Program-made: the position numbers and the translations under genes
Shown here: positions 52,461 to 63,393 of the stretch, one piece after another
How positions within the stretch are numbered: the first letter of the stretch is position 1
Layout: every line of letters starts with the position of its first letter
Notes under the pieces: generated by a model
What the model saw: only the letters and a program-made list of their open reading frames with translations
Databases searched by the model: none
Told to the model about the DNA's origin: nothing
Origin: Azolla caroliniana
Lineage: Eukaryota; Plantae; Polypodiophyta
Length of the DNA: 64,000 nucleotides
Direction of reading: 5' to 3'
NCBI GenBank assembly: GCA_043228905.1
Contig: JBHGNT010000016.1
Coordinates: 16,864,001-16,928,000 of the forward strand

Positions 52461-52704
52461 CTATTCAAGTGATAAAGGCTTTCTATTGATACCACATCCT
52501 CATCTCTAGCAAAAATTCATAAAGCCGAATCCGACATAAAGCGATGGCACAAAGAATCAGCCATATCAATCTCAAAAAGCTCAAGGGCAGGAAGTCAAAA
52601 GGAGTCCTCATTGGAATCCTAACTTTCAATGATAAGGATATTGAAGGTATATGTGCAACATGTCAATTCAGCAAATAACATTGGCACCCATTCCTAAAAG
52701 AGAG

Positions 52705-53335
52705 TGTAAAATATGCGGAAGCTAAATAAACCCTAACTAGTTCGGCCGGATTGCAACAGAAGACACAAAGAATGGAATACATAGAGTGGGTGGGTAAGTG
52801 AGAGAGAGACAGAGAGTGAGCATATAACAAAACTCAATTTCAAAATTACTCAAAAACTTTGTACATCCAATGTACTCAAATAGCACTTTTATACAAGTCC
52901 TTAAAGGGATTGACATAAGCACCATCAGTACTTGAATGCTCATAAATGAGCTCCTACACCAACTCCAAGAAATATGCCTATGTACTAGGCTAGGACCCTC
53001 TAATAGCCTACTAGTTCACAGTATTCTGGAGTATGATCCGGTTTCCGGTTCGCCTCCCGGTTCCAGATACCGATCCAGCTTTGGCTTATTCAGCTAATCT
53101 GGATCCGGTTGAGCTTGTCCGCTAAACACTCCCCGTCAAACTCAAGTTGAGGTTCGATCGTAGTGTAACTATTCACCAGTCCTTTTCTCTAACTCCTCCT
53201 AGGGTCTTCTCACCTTGCTCATGCTCTTCGCCCTGTTTGGTTTTACTTCCCATGATCCGATCGGTTTCGTGCACCTCGACCTTTTCAGTCGGCTTATCTA
53301 CTCGCTTGGCCCAAGTCAACTTCCTTGTTGTAACT
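52705..53335 (-). mobile_element. Copia 3' LTR (52705-53128), PPT and 3' tail
   Basis: TG..CA LTR similar to 3832/12106/32141 LTRs; CTCCCCGTCAA PPT. Confidence 0.75.
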
Positions 53336-53519
53336 TTAAACGAAAATGATAGTCCAACGAATTTAATAGATATGTGCACCAAGATATAAACATATTAACA
53401 CATTAAAACATAATATAACACCATATAAACAAATAGATTGGATCATATTAAGAAATAGAATTGATTAAAAGATAGTTGATCAAAAGTAAAAACATCAAAA
53501 GTATTTTTATAAATTCTAA

Positions 53520-54218
53520 CTACATCGATAGGAGAGAATCCATGTCATTGGTTTCATCATCAATCAGTGAACTATCATCCACATTCAGCACAGTAGTATC
53601 CACTCCAGATAGACTGGCTACCGTAGGGTCCTCCTTTAAATCATCGTCAAGCTGTATGAGTTCCCCAGGTTCACCAGCCAAAGGAGGGATCGGTTCACGG
53701 GAGGCAGGCTGAAAACGTTCAGTATCTGCTATATGCTTGGCCCCTACCTCCTCGTCTTGATCGAGGCATTCCCAAAGTGCTCAAAGCCTCATGTTGATGA
53801 AGTTCACCTACTCCTCGTCTTTCTCCAATGCAACCAAATTTCGGAAAAGCTTAAAGCACATGCCGAAGTGGTCCCTAAACACCATTAATAAGAAATAATG
53901 AGTTTTATAATAGGTCTGAATATATATAAAACCTTCAACACATTGGGAAACTTAATCGAACATGTACCTGTGCCAGAAAACAAGTCCAATATCCAGTCAT
54001 CTTCGTTCGAGAACATCTCCACAAGGCGCATCATTAAACGTTGTGGCTTCTAGTAGGGATTCACAAGCTTGAACTAAGTCGTGGTCACATGTCGAAGCTT
54101 CCGTGTCAAAGTTGGATATACGAGTAGGTTTGAGCATCCCACCTCATTCAAATGCTCCTTGATTCTTTGCTTCTTAATCTCTTTGATTCTTTGTTCCTTG
54201 ATTCGAATGGCCTCATTT
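53520..54218 (-). pseudogene. Beta-class amino DNA methyltransferase (N4-C/N6-A, N6_N4_Mtase-like), C-terminal half, with a 93-bp intron
   Basis: Minus-strand conceptual translation NPY*KPQRLMMRLVEMFSNEDDWILDLFSGTG|TTSACAL(K)LFRNLVALEKDEE*VNFINMRL* matches the HPxQKP..VLDPFxGSGTT..A..LGR...E.D......RL consensus; GT-AG intron 53875-53967 inside the Gly codon; acidic tail to TAG at 53520. Confidence 0.8.
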
Positions 54219-54550
54219 CAGTGTTACAATAAGCACATTCCTAGTAAGTGGGGTAAAGGAATTGTAGGATGGGTGAAACAGGGTTAGAAACCTAGGAACT
54301 TGATTACAGGGAAATATAAATCTATATCTAATGTCTTTGAGTTCTCTAAACCCTCAAATTACTAGAATTTTGACATCCCATCAATGTCCAGAACTCATAT
54401 TGCAGGACCAATTCTACTGTATTTTGACCTTAATTCAGAATTTCTAAACATGTTTTTACTTATTATTTTTAGCCTAATGTTTGCTTTCGCGTTTCTAATG
54501 GAGTAATGTACATTAATAGTGTGGTCTAACTGCCCCAGTGGTTCTGTGAC

Positions 54551-54748
54551 CCTCAACTCGATACAGTGTATCGAGTTCTGGCGTTAGGAGCCTCAACTCG
54601 ATACGGCGTATCGAGTTGGGGGTCACATCTCGATTCGCCGTATCGAGTTCTGGGGTTAGGAGCCTCAACTCGATACGGCGTATCGAGTTGGGGGTCACAA
54701 CTCGGTACGGTGTATCGAGTTCTAGCGTTAGGAGCCTCAACTCAATAC
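54551..54748. repeat. Array of 5.5 palindromes AACTCGATAC-N3-GTATCGAGTT with alternating 17- and 9-nt linkers (72-bp higher-order unit)
   Basis: Copies start ~54555, 54595, 54627, 54667, 54699, half copy at 54739. Confidence 0.9.
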
Positions 54749-55197
54749 AAAAAACATGTCTTGGGAGCAGTCTTTGTGGCCGGTTTTATATATTCAAGTG
54801 GACAATACCGCTCGTGAAAACAAAATTCTACGGTCTTTTGTTATCTAACTATGCTGGTGAACCAAGGAATTTTTAGGAAAGTGAAAGTTAACTTTCCATC
54901 GGTTGGTCACACACATGACCATATCAATCAGATGTTCAGTAACTTCTCTGGGCAGTTATCACGATATGATGCTTTCACGTTACCTAAGTTGTTCGACATC
55001 ATTCGTGACGCATATACGCCATGCCCAATTGTGGAACACATGAAGGAAATATATGATTTCAAGAGATACATCTCAGATCAAGAACAAATTGTTGAAAATT
55101 GTGTCCTTGGTACTTGGACCGTGCAAATCCCCTTCACATGGAATATACAATAATGTCGTAATTCTCAGACTTCTCCCCTTGCACCTAATGCAATTAA

Positions 55198-58100
55198 TGT
55201 TAAAAAACCGAGCTCGGCCACAACCGAGGAATAGGATCAACTCTAGAAAACAGGAAATACAAAATGCACGAAGACAATAGAGAGAAGAGTACACAGGATG
55301 TTTTACGTGGAAAACCCTAAATGGGAAAAACCACGGGAGTCCTCAAACTCCAACTATCACTATAAACAGAGATGTACAATGGTGAAGCTACAAGGCAACA
55401 ACCTTGAGCTCACTGTCTTCGCCACAGGCGGCGGTAATACACAGAGGCAACGACCTCTTCGTCTCTCTCTCTCTCTCTCGGCTGCTCACTTAGCTCCCTC
55501 TAAGTGGAAAACCAGAAAAATAAACAACAACGACAAAACTGTTTGCCCTAAGTCATATTTATACACATATGACTTTCGGGCTATTTACAAGTATAGCCTC
55601 GAGGGCCCTTGGCAAACATATTCACAGATATGTCCCCGCATCCGGATCTCTCTCCGGGTACATTCATCATCCGGTCCCGTAACCGGGTCTTCATCATCCG
55701 GTTCCGTAACCGGGTCTTCATCATCCGGTTCCGTAACCGGGTCTTCATCATCTGATTCTCGGACATCTGACCATCCCATCCGGAGGGACCGTAATCCCAA
55801 CAAACTCCCCCTTCACTTCGGCATGGGATATCTTTCCAGTCCGACCCTCTTCCGGCACGCTTCCAGCTTGTCGGGTGTGAGTACTTTGGTCAGCATGTCT
55901 GACCCATTCTCGTCCGTGTGGATCTTCGTCAGCACGAACTCCTGTCTTCTATCCTTTCCCGGATCCAGTGATATCTTCGCTGGATGTGCTTCGTCCGGGA
56001 GTGATATGCCGCATTCTTCGCAAGGTGGATGGCACTCTGACTGTCGTAGTAGAGTCGGTAGTCCTCCTGCCGGATACCGAGCTCTCCAATGAAGTCCTTC
56101 ATCCATATTATTTCCTTACCGGCTTCAACAGCTGCCATGTACTCCGCCTCCGTGGTTGACAACGCAACCGTCTTCTGCAGCCTTGACTGCCACGAAACAG
56201 CTCCCCCTGCATACGTCATCACATACCCTGATGTGGACCGGCTGGTATCTGCATCAGCCGACATATCCGAATCGGTAAAGCCGTCGAGTTCGGGCTTACC
56301 GGAGCCGAATCGGAGGCACACGTTCGAAGTGCCCTTTAAGTATCGGAGTATCCATTTGACCGCGTTCCAGTGCTCCTTGCCAGGATTACTCATATACCGG
56401 CTCACCACTCCGACTGCATATCCTATGTCCGGTCTTGTACACACCATTGCGTACATCAAGCTTCCGACGGCAGAGGCATATGGTACTTTCATCATGTCCT
56501 CCTTCTCAGCCTTTGTCTTGGGGCTTTGCTTGCTGGACAACTTGCAGTTTGCCAGGAGGGTTGAACCGACCGGTCTTGCTTCCGACATGTTGAACCGGTG
56601 AAGCACCTTTGTCACGTACTTCTCCTGTGACAGCCACAACTGCTTCTTCTTTCGGTCCCGGATGATGTGCATCCCTAGTATTTGCCTCGCCGGACCCAGG
56701 TCCTTCATTGAGAAGGTTCGGTGAAGCGCTTTCTTCAGCATCCGTATCTTGACCTGGTCCCGTCCGACGATCAACATGTCGTCCACGTATAGGAGGAGTA
56801 TTAGAAAGTCTCCTCCTTCGAACTTCTTCACAAACACGCAGTGATCGGACTGCGTTTTGTGGTACCCTTCGTCGGTCATGAAAGAGTCGAACTTCCGGTA
56901 CCATTGCCGGGGAGCCTGCTTCAGTCCGTAAAGGCTCTTCTTCAACCGGCATACCAGGTGCTCCTTCCCTTTCTTCTCGAATCCTTCCGGTTGCTGCATG
57001 TAGATCTCTTCTTCGAGGTCACCGTGAAGGAATGCCGTCTTCACGTCCATCTGTTCTACCTCGAGGTCCATGCTTGCCGCTATGCTCAGCACCGTCCGGA
57101 TGGAGGTCATCTTCACTACCGGGGCAAATATCTCGTCGAAGTCGACGCCCTTCTTCTGCTGGAACCCCTTTACCACGATCCTGGCTTTGTATCTCGGGGG
57201 GTTTCCGGCATCTCCCGGTTTCAGCTTGAACACCCACTTGTTTCGAAGTGCCCGCTTTCCTTTCGGCAACTCCACAAGTTCATATGTGTGGTTCTCATGC
57301 AGGGAATCCATCTCCTCCTGCATGGCACTTAACCACCTGCGGCTATGGGTGTCAAGCTTTGCTTCTTCGAAACTCTCCGGCTCCCCCTCGTCGGTTAGCA
57401 GCACGTGCTCTGGTTCCGGAAATCTCCAGGGGGGCCTTCTCTCTCTTAGAGGATATCTCCGTTCCGGAGCTTCGGTAACCGGCTCCTCCGTTTCCTCTTC
57501 ATCCGAATCCATTTCGGGATCGGGGCCGGTTCCGGTATCAGTTTCATCTTCCTCGGCCGGTTCTGTTTCTTCACCGTCTTCGGCCGGATCCTCGAGTGCT
57601 AACCGGTCCCTTGCCGGTCGGGACTGCTCTTCGTAGAGTTGATTCTCACCGTTTGACTTGGAGCTCTTCATCTTCTTCTCCGACTCCCAGTCGGCGAGTG
57701 TCTTGTCCTCCATGAAGATGATATCACGACTCCTGAATATCTTCTTGTCGACCGGGTCCCATACTCGGTAGCCGAACTCGTCGTCGCCGTAACCGAGGAA
57801 TATGCATGGCCGGGTCTTTGGATCTAGCTTTCCTCTCCGGTCCTTTGCCACATGCACATATGCGAGACACCCGAACACCTTCAGATGCCGGTAGGATACT
57901 TCCCTATCGGTCCACACTCTCTGCGGCGTGTCTCCGTCCAAAGGTACTGAGGGTGATCTGTTTATCACGTATGTCGCCGTCGACATTGCCTCAGCCCAAA
58001 ACCCCTTGGGTAATTTCGCATGCGCCAGCATACTCCGGACCCTCTCCATTATGGTCCGGTTCATCCTCTCGGCCAGCCCGTTCAGTTCCGGCGTCTTCGG

Positions 58101-60521
58101 CACAGTAAACTCGAGCCGGATTCCCTTCGAGCGACAGTACTCCGCGAACTGCCCCCGGTATTCCCCTCCGTTATCCGCTCGTATCGCTTTCAGCTTCTTG
58201 CCGGATTCTCTTTCCACTCTCGCGTGGAGTTCTTTGAAGACGCACAACACTTGGTCCTTTGTCTTCAACGGTGCCGTCCACAGCTTCCGGCTGTGGTCAT
58301 CAATGAATATCACGAAGTACTGGGCTCCGCCATGTGACTTCGTTTCTACTTGACACACGTCAGTGTGCACCAACTCCAATGGTGCGCTACGTCTCGTCGG
58401 TGGCCTTGAGTGGAAGGAGGCTCGGTTCTACTTACCGACCAGGCAATCGGTGCACTTCTTCAGATGCACATGCTTCACTGGAATAAGGTTGTCTTCTGCA
58501 AGCCTCTTCATCCCCTTCTCGCTCATGTGGCACAGCCTCTTGTGCCACAGCTCACCGGCAGTGTCAGCTGCCACGTTCAGCTCCTCCGGACATAGCCGGG
58601 AATTCATCAGGTACAGTGTGTTGACTTTCCGGGCCCGAGCCACTATCAGGCTCCCTTTGCTGAACTTCATAACACCGTTCCGGATGCTACCCATGTAGCC
58701 TTCATCGTCTAGCCTCCCGACCGAAATCAGGTTCAATCGAACCTCCGGAACGTGTCGGACATCCTTCAGCAGCATCTTGCATCCGGTTGATGTCATCAGC
58801 CACACGTCTCCTATGCCGACAATCCGGCATGTACCTTCATTTCCCATCCGGACACAGCCGTGCTCACCGGCTGTGTAGGATGAGAAGTATTTCTTCTCTG
58901 GGGTCAGGTGGAACGACGCTCCGGAATCGACCACCCAGGTCATCTCTACACCGGCAAGGTTCAGCTCCCTCTCTTCGGTAATGAGCATTATCTCTTCTTC
59001 ACTTGCCGCGAGTGCCGTCGTTCCTTTCCGGTCCTGCCCTCGCCGATCCGGACCTCTCCGGTCCGTGGCTCCCCGGTATGCGCCGTTTCGCTCCGGTGAC
59101 TTCTTCGAATCGGTACCGTCGGTTCCGTTGTCTTCCCGGAAATGCCGACAGTTCTTCTGGAAGTGCCCCGGCTTCCCACAGTAGAAGCATGTAGGTCTTC
59201 CCCTCGACTGCGACCGTGTCCCCGACTTCTCCCGTCTTTGCGGACTCCGGTTCTGTTGTCTTCCCCGTTCCGATTCGGTAAGCAGCGCCTTCGAGTCGGA
59301 GGCCGGTTCTTTATCTCTCCGACGCGCTTCTTCATTTAGAATACTTGTCTTTACCGTTAGTAAAGACAAGTTCTCTTCCTTACAGGAGGTGCTGAGAGTA
59401 ACTACCAAGTTCTCCCAGCTCTCCGGAAGGGTACACATCAGCATGATGGCTTGCATTGCGTCATCCAACGGGAACTTGATCGCCGCGAGCTGGTTCACGA
59501 ATCCCATGAACGTGCTGACGTGTTCGACCATGCTCTCGCCGTCCCGGTACTTAAGATTCACTATCTTCCTCATCAGGGAGGTCCGGGTCAGAGCATTCTT
59601 CCTCTCATACAGTCCGGACAGCTTCTGCCACATCTCATAGGCGTTCGTATCGTTCGCCACATGTTGCAGAACACTTACATCGACATATTGCCGGATCGTC
59701 GCTACGGCTTTCCGGTTCAGGAGCTTCCACTCCGACTCTATTACCCCCTTGGGTATCTCGGCATTGTCGATCGGTTCGTACAGGTCTCGGACGATGAGAA
59801 GGTCTTCCATCTTTATCTTCCAGTCGGCGTAGTTCTGTGAGTTCAACACCATCATGCCCGGAGGCCCACTACCGCCGCCTTCCATTTTCTGTGTGAACCT
59901 TGCTCTGATACCAAATTGTTAAAAAACCGAGCTCGGCCACAACCGAGGAATAGGATCAACTCTAGAAAACAGGAAATACAAAATGCACGAAGACAATAGA
60001 GAGAAGAGTACACAGGATGTTTTACGTGGAAAACCCTAAATGGGAAAAACCACGGGAGTCCTCAAACTCCAACTATCACTATAAACAGAGATGTACAATG
60101 GTGAAGCTACAAGGCAACAACCTTGAGCTCACTGTCTTCGCCACAGGCGGCGGTAATACACAGAGGCAACGACCTCTTCGTCTCTCTCTCTCTCTCTCGG
60201 CTGCTCACTTAGCTCCCTCTAAGTGGAAAACCAGAAAAATAAACAACAACGACAAAACTGTTTGCCCTAAGTCATATTTATACACATATGACTTTCGGGC
60301 TATTTACAAGTATAGCCTCGAGGGCCCTTGGCAAACATATTCACAGATATGTCCCCGCATCCGGATCTCTCTCCGGGTACATTCATCATCCGGTCCCGTA
60401 ACCGGGTCTTCATCATCCGGTTCCGTAACCGGGTCTTCATCATCCGGTTCCGTAACCGGGTCTTCATCATCCGATTCCCGGACATCTGACCATCCCATCC
60501 GGAGGGACCGTAATCCCAACA
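55198..60521 (-). mobile_element. Young full-length Ty1/copia (Tnt1/Tork-like), TSD ATTAA
   Basis: 605-bp LTRs 55198-55802 and 59917-60521, only 2 differences noticed; PBS GCTCTGATACCA 59902-59913; PPT 55803-55813; TSD 55193-55197/60522-60526. Confidence 0.97.
55813..59885 (-). pseudogene. Copia gag-pol polyprotein, nearly intact (one nonsense codon at 58428-58430, one 1-bp deletion ~55945)
   Basis: ORFs 58428-59885 (gag, CCHC, DSGAS) and 55929-58379 (INT, RT YVDD, RH) are in frame across a TAG; the C-terminus shifts frame relative to the paralog at 61806-62831. Confidence 0.9.
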
Positions 60522-60823
60522 ATTAATGATAGCTTGCTCCATCCACCACAAAGGGACATATATGTTGGACCCAAGCTGACAAAAATAGTCGAAACGAGGT
60601 GGCAAGGAAACATGCAAGAATTGAAGGTGGGTATGTTAATTGCTACACCTACTGATGATAGTGAGCTGGGACATCAATTTTGGATTGTTAATGTTTTAGA
60701 TGTGGTAATGCATGAGAACCATAGCCAAATCCAGTCTATAAAGGTGCTTTGGTACAAAACTAGAAGCAAAAATGTCTTTATCGGCAAGTATGCATTAGAG
60801 ACAATGCCTTAATAGGTACATCC

Positions 60824-63032
60824 TGACGGGAACTAGTCGTTCCTTATGCTCAACGCTCGGCCACAACCGAGCTTAGAATCATACACAGAAAAACGGGAAC
60901 TAAATGCATGACACAAAGGAGAGAAAAGGTACACAGGATGTTTATGTGGCAAACCCAAACTAAGGGAAAAACCACGGCAGCCCACAGGTTGCAAACTATC
61001 ACTATGTTGGAATGTACAAAGAGTGAGTTCACGGAGGCAACGAACTCGTTCTCACGATCTTCGCCACAGGCGGCGGTTACAATAGAGGTAGCGACCTCTC
61101 TCTCTCTCTCTCTCTCTCTCTGTACACTGTTACGCGCTCTAATCTCGTGCAAAACAGAAATGACAACAACAACAACAGTTTGCCCTAAGTCATATTTATA
61201 CTAATATGACTTTTCGGCTATTTACAAATATAGCCTCGATGGACTCTCAGAAACATATTTACGAATATGTCTCTTCATCCGGTGAGCATTCCTCACCGGG
61301 CCTGCACCATCCGGCTCTCCGTAGCCGGGTACTCCTCATCCGGTTCTCACCGGGTCTACAGCATCCAGCTCTCCGTAGCCGGGTACTCCTCTTCCGGTTC
61401 TCAAGGGGTCTGCACCATCCGGCTCTCCGTAGCCGGGTACTCCTCATCCGGTTCTCACCGGGTCTGCACCATCCGGCTCTCCGTAGCCGGGTACTCCTCT
61501 TCCGGTTCTCAAGGGGTCTGCACCATCCGGCTCTCCGTAGCCAGGTACTCCTCATCCGGTTCTCACCGGGTCTGCACCATCCGACTCTCCATAGTCGGGT
61601 ACTCCTCTTCCGGTTCTCACCGGGTCTGCACCATCCGGCTCTCCGTAGCCGGGTACTCCTTAGCCGGTTCTCACCGGGTCTGCACCATCCGGCTCTCCGT
61701 AGCCGGGTACTCCTCTTCCGGTTTCGGCCTCGGCCGAGATTGTTCGTCGGCACTGTTCTTCTCCCTTCCCATCCGGAGGGACTTGTCTGCCAACAAACTC
61801 CCCCTTCACTCCGGCATGAGGTGTCTTACCAGCCCCATCCGCTTCCGGCATGCATCCAGCTTGTCGGGTATCAGAACTTTGGTCAGCATATCTGACCCGT
61901 TCTCGGCCGTGTGGATCTTCGACAGTGCGAACTCCTGGTCATCTACTCTTTCCCGGATCCAGTGATACCTTTGCTGGATATGCTTCGTCCGGGAATGGTA
62001 GGCCGCATTCTTAGCAAGGTGGATGGCACTTTGACTGTCGCAATAGAGCCGGTATTCATCTTGCCGAATACCGAGCTCTCTGATGAAGTCCTTCATCCAT
62101 AATATTTCCTTGCGGGCTTCCACAACCGCCATGTACTCCGCCTCCGTGGTTGACAGTGCAACCGTCTTCTTCAGCCTCGACTGCCACGAAACAGCTCCCC
62201 CTGCATATGTCATTACATACCCGGATGTAGACCGGCTGGTATCCACATCAGCCGACATGTCCGAATCGGTAAAACCGTCAAGTTGAGGTTTTCCGGAGCC
62301 GAATCGGAGACACATATTTGAAGTGCCCTTCGAATACCAGAGTATCCATTTGACCGCGTTCCAATGCTCCTTGCCGGGATTGCTCATGAACCGGCTCACC
62401 ACTCCGACTGCGTATCCTATATCCGGTCGGGTACACACCATTGCGTACATCAAGCTCCCGACGGAAGAGGCATATGGAATCTTCATCATATCCACCCTCT
62501 CTGCTTTCGTCTTCGGGCTTTGCTTACCGGATAGCCTGCAGTTTGCCGGAAGTGTCGATCCGACTGGTTTCGCATCTGACATGTTGAACCGGTGAAGCAC
62601 CTTTGTCACATACTTCTCTTGTGACAGCCATAATTGCTTCTTTGACCGGTCCCGAATGATGTGCATCCCCAGCATCTGTCTTGCCGGACCCAAGTCTTTC
62701 ATTGAGAAGGTCCGGTTGAGAGCCTTCTTCAGCATCCGTATTTTCACTTGGTCACGTCCGACGATCAACATATCGTCCATGTACAGAAGGAGTATTAGGA
62801 AGTCGCCTCCTTCGAACTTCTTCACAAACACGCAGTGATCGGCCTACGTCTTGTGGTACCCTTGATCGGCCATGAAGGAATCGAACTTCCGGTACCATTT
62901 CCGGGGGGCCTGCTTCAACCCGTAGAGGCTCTTCTTCAACCGGCAAACCAGGTGCTCCTTCCCTTTCTCCACGAATCCTTCCGGTTGCTGCTTGTAGATC
63001 TCCTCTTCGAGGTCGCCGTGAAGGAATGCCGT
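60824..63032 (-). mobile_element. Ty1/copia 3' part (3' LTR 60824-61795, RH/RT 61806-63032), interrupted by a chromovirus
   Basis: LTR TG..CA, PPT 61796-61806, RT-RH ORF closely similar to 55929-58379. Confidence 0.9.
61277..61722. repeat. ~8 x 54-bp tandem repeat in LTR U3
   Basis: Unit ccggttctcaccgggtctgcaccatccggctctccgtagccgggtactcctcat. Confidence 0.95.
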
Positions 63033-63305
63033 TGTCATGAACAGTACTGAGATAGAGAAGGAATTAGTACTAAACGAAGGATTAGTACTATGAGAGGTGT
63101 GGAACTTCTTCGAGAGAAGGAAGAAGTGAGCGAGACAGAGAGAAAGAGAGAGATAGAGAGAGAGAGTGTGTGTGATGATAAGAAAGAGATGTATTATATG
63201 AAGAGAATATACAATGGTGGCTAAAAGGCTTAAGAGTGGCGTTGAACCAATTTGGTTCAACATAATGCCTAGTGCCCTCTTTTATAGTGTTTTCAGGAGT
63301 AATCT

Positions 63306-63325
63306 TGAAGCTTCTAGAATGTTCC
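63306..63325. promoter_or_regulatory. Perfect 4-unit heat-shock element in chromovirus LTR U3
   Basis: tGAAgcTTCtaGAAtgTTCc about 20 bp upstream of a minus-strand TATAAAAG (~63279-63287). Confidence 0.7.
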
Positions 63326-63393
63326 AGAGAAATCTGGAATATACACTAATTTCCTAGAATAAAATGTAAATGAAAATAATATCCTACGTATTA

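Larger units (their letters stand above)
54783..60812 (+). pseudogene. DNA transposase remnant (Sola-like/DUF7869-type), split by the copia at 55198-60521
   Basis: VLYIQVDNTARENK (54783-54824), GIFRKVKVNFPSVGHTHDHINQMFS; frame continues across the copia (PNAIN|DSLLHPP) into ..HQFWIVNVLDV..IKVLWY; superfamily assigned from remembered motifs. Confidence 0.65.

Noticed and set aside
53520-54218. Bacterial contamination as the source of the MTase
   Set aside because: It contains a spliceosomal-type intron and is contiguous with plant retrotransposons
54551-54748. CRISPR-like array of palindromic repeats
   Set aside because: Linkers are short (9/17 nt) and themselves repeated, there are no cas genes, and the context is eukaryotic
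55298-56092. 264-aa plus-strand ORF (and its twin at 60017-60526)
   Set aside because: Runs antisense through the LTR and RNase H; duplicated only because the LTRs are
61206-61965. 229/232/164-aa repeat ORFs
   Set aside because: By-products of the 54-bp LTR tandem repeat, open in several frames
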